IMG/VR virus record: IMGVR_UViG_3300020042_011666
Coordinates: 32,001-96,000 of that record
DNA length: 64,000 nucleotides
DNA from: a virus
Reading direction: 5' to 3' (one strand)
The translations under genes and the position numbers were made by a program. Positions within the stretch are counted from its first letter, which is position 1; every line of letters begins with the position of its first letter. Positions 8,452 through 17,020 of the stretch are shown piece after piece. Under the pieces are notes generated by a model. It searched no databases. It worked only from the letters and a program-made list of their open reading frames with translations, and was not told where the DNA came from.

Positions 8452-9803
8452 AATAATAATTTACCTCCCATCAATATTTGATAATTTAATATATTTTGTC
8501 CTGCAACATACGTTCCTCCTCCTGTAAGTCCAATGCCAAATGTTTTAGTTAGTTTATAAGTTAAATTTATAAATGGGATTACAATTGGTCTTGATTTAAA
8601 TAAGGATTCGGTATAATACTTTGAGTATGGTGAGTATACACATGCGGCTATTATAGTTGCATTTATAGCCTTAGTTAAATTACCTTTATACATAAAACCA
8701 CCTATAGCCAGTGTTGATATCATTTCCTCGCCATACATGTTTCCATATGTGCCCGCACCACCATATAATGCTGTAAAATTCTTAACTGAATTTACTCTAA
8801 CAAACAATGCTGTATTAGACCATGATTTAGGTAAAAAACTAAATCCATCTGATACAACGTTAATGTGTTTATTGCCTTTTGAATTAGTACCCATCCAAGA
8901 CCGCATTACAGTCATATTACCAATTTTAGCATTAACCATATAATCAGCCGAAAAGCCTAATGATGCTGTTCCATCTCCTTTTACTTTAGTAAATGACATT
9001 GTACCACGAGCATCTCTAGAACCATCATCGGCTTTTTGTACACCAACAATGTCACCTGTAACTAAGATCGCAGGTTTAGCAACTTCGGCTTTAGCTTTAT
9101 TAGCTGCTTTGGCTGTACCTGAGGATTGTGATTTTTGTGTTTCGGTTTTGGTTTCTTCTACTTTTTCGTTAGAAGGTGTTTCGGTTTTTGGTTCTTCGGT
9201 TTTACCTTGCCCCTCTCCCGATCCTGACCCGGACCCGCTGCCATTGCCACTGCCACTACCAGAGGACCCACTGCCACTGCCAGAACTGCTACCACTTGAA
9301 TTATTATTTCCATTATCAGGGGGTGGTGGGTTGTTATCTTGGGTTTGACTTGAATTGTTGTCCTCACTTGATTTATTTTCGTTTCCACCACCAACCCCTG
9401 ATGTACCTGATGAGGCACTTCCACCAACATTAACCCCTACTGATCCGATAGATCCCACATTAGCAATTGAATTTAAATTCATAACGCTGTTAACAACGTT
9501 TGATGCTAAATTCGTACTAGTTGTGGTGGTAGTAGTGGTTACTGCCCCCTGGCAAGGTGATGTTGTTTTGTATTTATTATACGTATCACTCATCCACAGA
9601 TCAAACGTACCGTTTTGCAATTCAGCGTAGCTGAATGTTTTTACTTGCCCGTAGTAGGTAACTACAATAGGACTATTCATATCTGTGGTGATGAATTTAG
9701 TCTCCTTAGTACACGGGTCAATATATGAATACATAAAGGACTGCCCTTTTAGGGACAGTCCTATCATAAATAGAAAAAATAATATTTTAGTTTTTAAAGA
9801 CAC
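8448..9803 (-). CDS. secreted protein with S/G/N linker and probable C-terminal OM beta-barrel
   Basis: Signal peptide G|Q; low-complexity linker; alternating amphipathic strands to the C-terminus. Confidence 0.55.
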   Translation of the reverse strand: MSLKTKILFFLFMIGLSLKGQSFMYSYIDPCTKETKFITTDMNSPIVVTYYGQVKTFSYAELQNGTFDLWMSDTYNKYKTTSPCQGAVTTTTTTTSTNLASNVVNSVMNLNSIANVGSIGSVGVNVGGSASSGTSGVGGGNENKSSEDNNSSQTQDNNPPPPDNGNNNSSGSSSGSGSGSSGSGSGNGSGSGSGSGEGQGKTEEPKTETPSNEKVEETKTETQKSQSSGTAKAANKAKAEVAKPAILVTGDIVGVQKADDGSRDARGTMSFTKVKGDGTASLGFSADYMVNAKIGNMTVMRSWMGTNSKGNKHINVVSDGFSFLPKSWSNTALFVRVNSVKNFTALYGGAGTYGNMYGEEMISTLAIGGFMYKGNLTKAINATIIAACVYSPYSKYYTESLFKSRPIVIPFINLTYKLTKTFGIGLTGGGTYVAGQNILNYQILMGGKLLL

Positions 9804-10473
9804 CAGCTTTGATTAAGTTTTCGATTACTTTAGTAGTAGCAGTCTCTAAAGACTTTCTAGTGGCTTTACCTACAGTACTTTGTGAAAACTTCATATCAAG
9901 ACTTTTTAGAAATGATTCTCCTACTTTTGTCGATTCACCTTCTCCTGATCCAATATGGATCTGTCCCGTTGTAGCATCAACGAACCTAACTTGGAGACGT
10001 ATGAAAGTAGTAACAACAACTTTGCTTTTACCCTTTTCAACGGTCTCATCTTCATCAACAGCAAAATCGGCCACAGTAACATAAACAAAGTAACGAGCAG
10101 CTTTAATCTTACCCTTCCCATCAATGGGCTCTTCGAAGACTCCTTTCTTAGAGGCTTTGAATTGGGTAACCATTCTTTCCTTGATTTCTGATTTTTCTTC
10201 TGTAAATATAAATCTTCCTGTTTCATCTAAATAATCTAGTACTGATTCGGCAAATCCTAATCCAACATTCTTTTCTTGAAGGTCTGGGTATAGAGCTAAA
10301 ACTTTAGTCATGTCAACGTTGATTACCTGGACAGCATATTTCAAGCTATCTGTGTAATTTGATACTGAAGAAATATCTTTAGTTTCAATAACGTCTTGTT
10401 CGGTTGTAGTTTTCATTGAACCACATCCAATCATAATAACTAGTAAAAAAGCAATAAGGATATTTTTTACCAT
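9787..10473 (-). CDS. CsgG/HfaB-family lipoprotein
   Basis: Lipobox MIG-C; GRFIFTE, GKIKAARYFV, LQVRFVDATTGQI motifs. Confidence 0.75.
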   Translation of the reverse strand: MVKNILIAFLLVIMIGCGSMKTTTEQDVIETKDISSVSNYTDSLKYAVQVINVDMTKVLALYPDLQEKNVGLGFAESVLDYLDETGRFIFTEEKSEIKERMVTQFKASKKGVFEEPIDGKGKIKAARYFVYVTVADFAVDEDETVEKGKSKVVVTTFIRLQVRFVDATTGQIHIGSGEGESTKVGESFLKSLDMKFSQSTVGKATRKSLETATTKVIENLIKAGVFKN

Positions 10474-10790
10474 GGATCTTCTTCTTTAGGTTCCGGTTTA
10501 GTAGCAGGAGCAGCAGTGGCCGCAGGTTTTTCAACTACACGCTCTTTAATAATTGTGTTTGTTCCTCCACCGGATTGCTGTTTTTGCTGGTTAGTGTTGT
10601 TGTTCTGTAAGTTGATCACAACAGGGGCAGCAGCTGCACCTTGTTCTGTTTTAGCTTCATCTTTAGGCTCTTCGCCACCGCCTAAGTGGGTTGCAAACCA
10701 GGCACCGCCGGCTGTAACTGCTGTAGTGATAGCACCAATAATTGCTTTTTTGGTAGCTGACATTACGCCTTCTTCTTTTTCTTCTGACAT
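10467..10790 (-). CDS. single-TM protein with N/Q-rich segment
   Basis: AIIGAITTAVTAGGAWF; VVINLQNNNTNQQKQQ. Confidence 0.6.
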   Translation of the reverse strand: MSEEKEEGVMSATKKAIIGAITTAVTAGGAWFATHLGGGEEPKDEAKTEQGAAAAPVVINLQNNNTNQQKQQSGGGTNTIIKERVVEKPAATAAPATKPEPKEEDPW

Positions 10791-10791
10791 T

Positions 10792-11076
10792 TTATTTGTT
10801 TTTTAATTCGTTTAATGCTTCTTCGACATATTTGTCTCTTTGTTCTTGTAAATATTCTATTCGCTCTAGCAGGATTTGTTTATCATCCTTAGCAGTTTGT
10901 GTTATATAAGCTTCTTTTTCTTCGTATAATTTCTGCCAATAAGCTACTCGTTCTTCCATCATCTTGCCCTGGTACCAAATTATACCTACCATAATGATGA
11001 TAGTAAAAGATTGCTCTTTTAATTTTGATAAAAAAGTATCAGCAAATCCAGAAAGCGGAGTAGATTTTTCAGACAT
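10792..11076 (-). CDS. single-TM coiled-coil protein
   Basis: TM FTIIIMVGIIWY then a helical charged region. Confidence 0.6.
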   Translation of the reverse strand: MSEKSTPLSGFADTFLSKLKEQSFTIIIMVGIIWYQGKMMEERVAYWQKLYEEKEAYITQTAKDDKQILLERIEYLQEQRDKYVEEALNELKNK

Positions 11077-11082
11077 AGTTGA

Positions 11083-12246
11083 TTACCAGAATTTAAGTTT
11101 CTTAAATACGTTGCTTGTCTCTCTAGCAGCTCTATCAGCAGCTTCCTGAGTTTCACGAGCGATTCTTTCAGTTTCTCTCCTAGTGGCTTCAGCAGCTTCG
11201 TTAGCAAGTCTTTCTGTTTCTCTCTTAGCAGCTTTGGCAGCTTCTGCTGCTTCTCTTGCAAGTCTTTCTGTTTCTCTTTGAGCGGCAGCAGCTTGTTCTG
11301 CTAATACTCTTTCAGCTTCTTCGGCTTGACGTTTTGTTTCGGCTGCGATTCTTTCTGTTTCTTTCTGTGCTGCTTCGGCGGCTTGCCTAGCTTTTTCTTC
11401 TGCTTCTCCGTTTGCGATTGCTTCACTTAAATCGATAACTGGGTTTAAATTTATATCAACATTAACATCTGCTTCAACTCCAAGTAGTAGAGCTACATCA
11501 CCTGATATTCCAACGCTAGCAACTCCATCGTTAAGTGTTGCGTGACCTTCGCCTTCAACACCTACTTGAACACCAACACTTGCTCCAACACCACCGCCAA
11601 CTGAATTTCCGTTTACACCTACTGATCCTTCGGCTTCAACTCCAGCACCAGCACCTGCCATAGCACCACCACCAACTTCAGCTCCATGTTCACCTACTGA
11701 GGCATGACCATCAACTCCGGCATGAGCTTCTGCGTATGCACCCGCTGATCCTTCAGCTTTAGCTTCAATAACCACTTCACCTAATGGTGTATCAAGTCCT
11801 GCTTTACCAGTTGCTTCAGCACTTACTTCAACTTCTACTCTAGCACTAATTTCAGCTCCAGCTTCAACTTTAGCATCTGAGCCGTCCCATCCTGCTTCAG
11901 CATGAGCTTCAGCACTTGCCTCGGCACTAGCATGAGCTTCGGCGTGAGCATTTGCTTCTACTCCAACGCTTACGCCACCGCCTAGTTCTTGACTAGCATG
12001 GGCTTCAGCATTTGCTTCTGCATTTACTTCAGCGTGCACATTAGCTTCTACAGAGGCGGAAGCCATTGTTCCATCAATTCCTGCTTCAGCATGAGCACTT
12101 GCTTCTGCTTTTGCATCATAGGAAGCATCAACGCTTGCACCTACTTGTTCGTTTCCTGTTTGTGTAGCTACTTTATCTTTAGTTTCTACTGATTTTTTAG
12201 CCCCTGTGCTAATTTTTTTAGTTGGGGTTTGTTTTTTCTTTGCCAT
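11083..12246 (-). CDS. A/G/V/E-rich repetitive protein with C-terminal coiled coil
   Basis: Alternating xAxAxG pattern; repeated (R/K)ETER(L/I)A units. Confidence 0.7.
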   Translation of the reverse strand: MAKKKQTPTKKISTGAKKSVETKDKVATQTGNEQVGASVDASYDAKAEASAHAEAGIDGTMASASVEANVHAEVNAEANAEAHASQELGGGVSVGVEANAHAEAHASAEASAEAHAEAGWDGSDAKVEAGAEISARVEVEVSAEATGKAGLDTPLGEVVIEAKAEGSAGAYAEAHAGVDGHASVGEHGAEVGGGAMAGAGAGVEAEGSVGVNGNSVGGGVGASVGVQVGVEGEGHATLNDGVASVGISGDVALLLGVEADVNVDINLNPVIDLSEAIANGEAEEKARQAAEAAQKETERIAAETKRQAEEAERVLAEQAAAAQRETERLAREAAEAAKAAKRETERLANEAAEATRRETERIARETQEAADRAARETSNVFKKLKFW

Positions 12247-12250
12247 ATTT

Positions 12251-12610
12251 TTATCCTTCTAGTGTGCTTGATAATGTTTGACCATCTTCTTCGTCTACTT
12301 TCTGAATTAGCATTTTATCTCTATCTTCAGAATTAAACCAATAGTCAATAACTTTGTTTAAGTTACCAACAAAAGCACCTAATAAAATTAGTAACATTTC
12401 TTTCCAATCTTCTCCGATTGATGCCCCTAAAAATACAGCTGCGTTGATACCAACGATGATTAATGTAAACAATCCTAATACGATAGCGGTAATTTTCCAG
12501 CGATTAGATTGCATTTGTTGTAACATAAAGTAAAAACGATTCTTATCGTCTACTGAAACGAACTCAGATTTTGGGCTGAGTACATCCTTAATTGTGTCTT
12601 TAATTCCCAT
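12251..12610 (-). CDS. two-TM membrane protein (holin-like)
   Basis: Two hydrophobic helices, LLGAFVGNLNKVIDYWF. Confidence 0.55.
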   Translation of the reverse strand: MGIKDTIKDVLSPKSEFVSVDDKNRFYFMLQQMQSNRWKITAIVLGLFTLIIVGINAAVFLGASIGEDWKEMLLILLGAFVGNLNKVIDYWFNSEDRDKMLIQKVDEEDGQTLSSTLEG

Positions 12611-12613
12611 ATT

Positions 12614-14506
12614 TTATTTGTTTATAATTATTTTTGAAGTTGAAATTTTAGTATCTGTTTTAACTGATAGAAGGTAGAAACCGTTATCTAGCTTAGTTAA
12701 GTTAACAACGTATTTGTAATCTCCTGCAGGCATTTTAGTGTTTAGTACCTCCAGTACCTTTCTTCCAATTAGATCACTAACCATTACTTCGGTTTGTGAT
12801 TCTTGTTCTACTTTAAATTGAACATTGATTATTCCATCGTTTGGATTTGGAAACACTAATAAGTCTTTAAGTTCGGCGAGCTTGATTGTTTTTTTAACTC
12901 TCCTCACTTCTACTACTCCCATGGCCGGTGTAATATTCATATCCCTTGCATCATTACCTCCAACGTATTTAGGCCCAGTCCAGATAGCGGCTGTTGCCCA
13001 ACTGTCTTGAGGTTTTTTAGCAATGAATTGAAGGCTAAATACATTCTCACCGTCATTCACTAATTGATTTCCTTTTAAGTCAGCAGCACCAAATGCAACT
13101 ACTCCGTTAGATGGGTTAGTGTATGAAGTCCAGTTCATCATCTTTTCAGTCAAGTCGATTTTCTTAAACTCTAATAATGCTGTATCATACTTTAATTCTA
13201 ATTGAATTGCTCCTAATTGTTTTCCGTCAGTAAGCATTCTTACAGGAACGTTAACTAAGTTACCTTCATCAACTTTAATTTTAGGCATATTAACTTCAAT
13301 AGTCTCAGTTACATCGTCGTACTGAACTGTGTTATCGATAATATAGCTTTTAGCATTAGCGTAGTTGGTGATTTTAATAGGGGTCAAACGAGCCATTTTA
13401 AAGCCTGTTGCATTAGCATCTCCTTTAACAGCTACATAATAAGTGATAGAATCTCTTCCATCTACTGAGTATGTGAAGTTATTAACTGTTGAGTAAGTAG
13501 AAGTCAAGTTAGAGCTTGCTCCGTTGATTGCATTGTATTCGGCAACTGTAAAGAACATTACATCCTTTTTAGAGTTAGGCCAAGCAGAGAATCTACCTGC
13601 TAATCTTCCATATACTGAATAAACGTCTGCAATGCTAATTAAACCATCAGTTCCGTTAACGTCCATTGTGTAGTAATCAAATCCTGCAGGAGTGTATTGA
13701 CCTAAGATAGATTGATTGATCTTCTGTGCATCTGCAGTAGAGAATACGTTACCAGGAGTCATTGTATCTCCTTTAACTACTATTCTAACATCCCAGTAAG
13801 TAGTATCTAAGAATTTTCTAAATACTGTAACTCCGTTAGAGTTAGTTTTTTGTGCTGCAATTTGAGTCCAGGTAGAAGAACCTTTAGCTCTTTTTTCTAA
13901 ACTAACTGTTAAGTTCTTAGCATCTGAACCTGTAACGTTCTTGAACTTAGTAGCAAATCTTAACACCTTCTGATTGAAGCGACCACCATAAGAGTAAACT
14001 ACCAAAGTAGTATCATTACCCCAGTTCGTAGCAGCTCTGTTAGAGAATGATTTAACACCTGCAACTTTTAAAGTCTTAATAGAATCTAAACTGTTCCAAG
14101 TAGACTCACCAGCATGGGTGAAAGTTAAATCAAAGGTTGCTCCATTAGAGTAGTTAAAGGTTGAGTTAGTACCTGTGTAAGCTAAAGTAACTGTTAAGAA
14201 TCCTTGTGTGTTACTATCTACATACTGAAGGTATTGGTCAGTAGTAGAGATTTTTAAGGTAGGTACAACAGCAGTAAATGCAGTGTTATCGTAGAATACA
14301 CGAAACTGCACACCTGTAATTTTCTCAGAAGTAGAAGTGTTGTAGAAATGTAAAGGGGCAACAGTCTGTCCGACAGTAGTGGTTGCTACTTGATAACCAG
14401 AATCAATTACCACCCAGTGCCCTGTTCCAGGTGATGTTGAAGATGATTGTGCCGATACTCCGAAAACGGCAACAGCCGTCAGAAGGAATGAGATGAGTTT
14501 TTTCAT
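12614..14506 (-). CDS. T9SS type-A CTD protein with cohesin-like and dockerin-like domains
   Basis: Signal A|Q; ITGVQFRVFYD and VNVPV...LGAIQLELKYD cohesin-like motifs; MDVNGTDGLISIAD dockerin-like motif; VFPNP...GFYLL...KIIINK CTD. Confidence 0.85.
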   Translation of the reverse strand: MKKLISFLLTAVAVFGVSAQSSSTSPGTGHWVVIDSGYQVATTTVGQTVAPLHFYNTSTSEKITGVQFRVFYDNTAFTAVVPTLKISTTDQYLQYVDSNTQGFLTVTLAYTGTNSTFNYSNGATFDLTFTHAGESTWNSLDSIKTLKVAGVKSFSNRAATNWGNDTTLVVYSYGGRFNQKVLRFATKFKNVTGSDAKNLTVSLEKRAKGSSTWTQIAAQKTNSNGVTVFRKFLDTTYWDVRIVVKGDTMTPGNVFSTADAQKINQSILGQYTPAGFDYYTMDVNGTDGLISIADVYSVYGRLAGRFSAWPNSKKDVMFFTVAEYNAINGASSNLTSTYSTVNNFTYSVDGRDSITYYVAVKGDANATGFKMARLTPIKITNYANAKSYIIDNTVQYDDVTETIEVNMPKIKVDEGNLVNVPVRMLTDGKQLGAIQLELKYDTALLEFKKIDLTEKMMNWTSYTNPSNGVVAFGAADLKGNQLVNDGENVFSLQFIAKKPQDSWATAAIWTGPKYVGGNDARDMNITPAMGVVEVRRVKKTIKLAELKDLLVFPNPNDGIINVQFKVEQESQTEVMVSDLIGRKVLEVLNTKMPAGDYKYVVNLTKLDNGFYLLSVKTDTKISTSKIIINK

Positions 14507-14964
14507 TTTTGTATATTAGTTAGTTGTCTTATTGCATGTTGTTTTAACCAAGGTTCAGGATTATTAAGCTTATCAATGAAGGTAAGCTCATACCTGTAAC
14601 ACCACGCTTCCTCTTGTTCAGGAGCAATGATGTATCCTTTTTGTAAAACATGCAAATGTAAACTCTCATGAACTAACACTACAGCGAGGTTGTTAATTGA
14701 ATTTAATTTTACATCTTTAACAGCAACTAATATAGTTCCTTTATTTCCATAACTTCCATCATTAGATGAGAACCCTGAAGACCAAAACTCTACTTTATTG
14801 CAAACACTGTCAATCAACTGATATTTTTCAATATCGGTTTTTTGAATTAAGGCTAATGCTGAGTCTATTTTTTGGTCCCATCCGTCACCTGCTTTGTCCA
14901 CTTTAATTTGGGAAAACGATATTGAGGGAAACAAGAATAATATAATAGACAACAGTAACTGCAT
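14503..14964 (-). CDS. secreted zincin metallopeptidase-like protein
   Basis: Signal S|Q; LVHESLH and EEAWCY motifs. Confidence 0.6.
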   Translation of the reverse strand: MQLLLSIILFLFPSISFSQIKVDKAGDGWDQKIDSALALIQKTDIEKYQLIDSVCNKVEFWSSGFSSNDGSYGNKGTILVAVKDVKLNSINNLAVVLVHESLHLHVLQKGYIIAPEQEEAWCYRYELTFIDKLNNPEPWLKQHAIRQLTNIQK

Positions 14965-14990
14965 CTATCATACATATTGAAAATTATTTG

Positions 14991-15062
14991 TACTCGGTAG
15001 GGGAGTCGAACCCCTCTTACCAGGATGAAAACCTGGTGTCCTAACCGATAGACGAACCGAGC
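14991..15062 (-). tRNA. tRNA-Glu(TTC)
   Basis: Acceptor GCTCGGT/ACCGAGT; anticodon arm CCAGG-TTTTCAT-CCTGG; GGTTCGACTCC. Confidence 0.93.
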
Positions 15063-15156
15063 AACTTGTGTAAGGATCCATTACTTACACGTGCAACATA
15101 TTTAATGAGGGTGTTTTCGTTCTCGTTGCTTACACCTCACGAACACTGGATTTTGT

Positions 15157-15283
15157 AAAAGAAAAGCTTCGGGTCTTTCAGGGTTTCTGATTAAGTGCAA
15201 TGAGTGACGCCTACCTACTATTAACCCTTTTTCAGTATTTAAAACACTCTACCTCTCAATTACAGCTTCACTACTTTTCTTTT
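15157..15283 (-). ncRNA. candidate structured RNA between tRNAs
   Basis: 10-bp closing stem AAAAGAAAAG/CTTTTCTTTT plus two crossing helices; no credible ORF. Confidence 0.45.
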
Positions 15284-15284
15284 G

Positions 15285-15355
15285 TTGCGGACGACAGACT
15301 CGAACTATCAACTTTGGGTTATGAGCCCAATGTGTTACCATTACACCAACCCGCC
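15285..15355 (-). tRNA. tRNA-Met(CAT), probably initiator
   Basis: TTGGG-CTCATAA-CCCAA with three G-C pairs next to the loop; 1:72 mismatch. Confidence 0.85.
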
Positions 15356-15360
15356 ATGTT

Positions 15361-15612
15361 TTATTTTGTAGTATTAGGCTTTTTCTTAGCTGGGTAACGT
15401 CTAGTAGATTTCTTTTTAGGGACAGCTACAGGTTTAACTTCAGCTACAGGCTCAACTACAACAACAGGCTCTGGTTCTTCTGCTACCAAGGGTGCATCTA
15501 ACCATTCTTTGTCTTCTTTAGTTAGTTTAGTTACGTTTTTGGTTTCTTTAACAAGTAACCAAATAAATGCAATAATTAAAATTGCTGCGAGGGTAATAAT
15601 AAGTATATTCAT
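15361..15612 (-). CDS. single-TM protein with basic tail
   Basis: N-terminal TM, P/V/E linker, K-rich end. Confidence 0.6.
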   Translation of the reverse strand: MNILIITLAAILIIAFIWLLVKETKNVTKLTKEDKEWLDAPLVAEEPEPVVVVEPVAEVKPVAVPKKKSTRRYPAKKKPNTTK

Positions 15613-15620
15613 TTTTTTGT

Positions 15621-15977
15621 TTATTTTCCGTAAAAATTATTATAAAACCAATTAAACCAGTTTCGTCTCATTTTGGTAATTTTAATATCAATTCTGCGTT
15701 TAGCGCAGGTAATTATGTAAGTTTTTGGCTTTTCTTCTAAGCTTCTAATATACTGCTTTAAAGCTTTACCAAAATCTATCTTGTAGATATTAAACAAAAA
15801 CCAGAATAGTTTCTGCTGGTGATAATCATCAAAGATCCATCGACCGCTCTTGTAGGTAGCTAATTTGCTGTTAATAGTTGAACCTTCGTGTCCGCTAAAT
15901 AGTTCAAAATGATCTCGTTGAGGTTTAAAAACCAGGTATTCGGTTTCACTCAGATTGTAAATGAATGTATTTTCCAT
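15621..15977 (-). CDS. hypothetical protein
   Basis: 118-aa ORF. Confidence 0.6.
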   Translation of the reverse strand: MENTFIYNLSETEYLVFKPQRDHFELFSGHEGSTINSKLATYKSGRWIFDDYHQQKLFWFLFNIYKIDFGKALKQYIRSLEEKPKTYIITCAKRRIDIKITKMRRNWFNWFYNNFYGK

Positions 15978-15998
15978 AACTTTTATTTTTATTTCTTA

Positions 15999-16151
15999 TT
16001 AACCTTGTCCTACGGACAGTTTTTTATAATTTTTACTTGTTTTTGTTTTACTTGTTTTTGTTTTTGCTACAATACCTTTTCTAGTTTTTTTAGGTTTTTC
16101 TTTGTAAAGTGATGATGCACTAATGGATGTCTTTTTTGCTTTTGCTGCCAT
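15999..16151 (-). CDS. small highly basic protein (not in ORF track)
   Basis: MAAKAKKTSISASSLYKEKPKKTRKGIVAKTKTSKTKTSKNYKKLSVGQG; preceded by ATATGTAT motif variant. Confidence 0.7.
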   Translation of the reverse strand: MAAKAKKTSISASSLYKEKPKKTRKGIVAKTKTSKTKTSKNYKKLSVGQG

Positions 16152-16171
16152 GCATATACATATATCACCTC

Positions 16172-16468
16172 CTATACTAGATGTTTTTCGTGAGGTCTAA
16201 CCTTAACGTCCCGCTCATGTATATATTGAACGCCATCTTTTGCTGCTTCAGTACATACAGTGTTAGTATCCCAATAATATACTTTACCTTCATATTCATG
16301 GTGTTCTTCTTGACCTTGATTGTAATATACGATTCTTCTTTTACCTCCCCAACTTCTAAAATCCTTAGGTGTAACTCTATACCATTTTTCTTTTAAAAAA
16401 ACTTGTAATAGTTTTTCCTCTGGGAAGTCATATTTTAATTTGCCGGTATTGCCTTTTTTTTCTCCCAT
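16172..16468 (-). CDS. hypothetical protein
   Basis: 98 aa, WYRVTPKDFRSWGGKRRI motif. Confidence 0.65.
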   Translation of the reverse strand: MGEKKGNTGKLKYDFPEEKLLQVFLKEKWYRVTPKDFRSWGGKRRIVYYNQGQEEHHEYEGKVYYWDTNTVCTEAAKDGVQYIHERDVKVRPHEKHLV

Positions 16469-16689
16469 TATAGTTCGGGTAATAATCCTGCTTCCTCAAT
16501 TGCTTTCCACACTCTCATCTTCCACAAATCAATTTTATGCCCACAATAACTATGTTCTCCTCTTATTGTTGCTTTAGCTAGTAATAGTAGACACCAATCA
16601 AATGCTTCATCTGCTTTTTCTAACTCATTTTGCTCTACATAGGTATTGGCTTGGCTCCACTTTTGTATAAAAACTGGTCTTTTCTTCAT
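16468..16689 (-). CDS. hypothetical protein
   Basis: 73-aa ORF directly downstream of a promoter motif. Confidence 0.6.
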   Translation of the reverse strand: MKKRPVFIQKWSQANTYVEQNELEKADEAFDWCLLLLAKATIRGEHSYCGHKIDLWKMRVWKAIEEAGLLPEL

Positions 16690-16700
16690 AACTTTTATAT

Positions 16701-16730
16701 AATATACGTAACTTATTTTAAATTTCTAGG
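16701..16730 (-). promoter_or_regulatory. class-1 promoter motif
   Basis: CCTAG-N18-GTATATT. Confidence 0.65.
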
Positions 16731-16749
16731 ATAACTTTTTAGGATTTAA

Positions 16750-16914
16750 TTATGCTTTTTCTTCTTCTAGTGTTTGACTTTCTAAAGTAGCCATTAAACA
16801 CAGATCATATATAGATTGAGGACTAGATATCATTAAAAATAACAGTTCTTTATCCGTTAATTTTAAGATAACATCTATAACTAATCCTGAAGGGTCAATC
16901 CTATTCTTCTTCAT
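16750..16914 (-). CDS. small hypothetical protein (not in ORF track)
   Basis: 54 aa MKKNRIDPSGLVIDV... Confidence 0.45.
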   Translation of the reverse strand: MKKNRIDPSGLVIDVILKLTDKELLFLMISSPQSIYDLCLMATLESQTLEEEKA

Positions 16915-17020
16915 ATGCTATTCTTGACTTTTTGTTTTTTCCTCTTCTAATTTGAAGTTCTTTTTCAGCTAGCCAAATTTTTAGTGTACTTAATTTTTGT
17001 AGGTTTGATGTTTTGCTCAT
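16901..17020 (-). CDS. small hypothetical protein (not in ORF track)
   Basis: 39 aa MSKTSNLQKLSTLKIWL..., ATGA overlap with upstream stop. Confidence 0.4.
   Translation of the reverse strand: MSKTSNLQKLSTLKIWLAEKELQIRRGKNKKSRIAYEEE

Noticed and set aside
11100-11420. CRISPR-like or DGR-like repeats
   Set aside because: These are in-frame coding repeats (ETERLA) without constant spacers; no reverse transcriptase or cas operon in the window
15230-15284. HDV-like (theta) ribozyme after the tRNA
   Set aside because: I could not build the nested double pseudoknot directly 3' of any tRNA by eye
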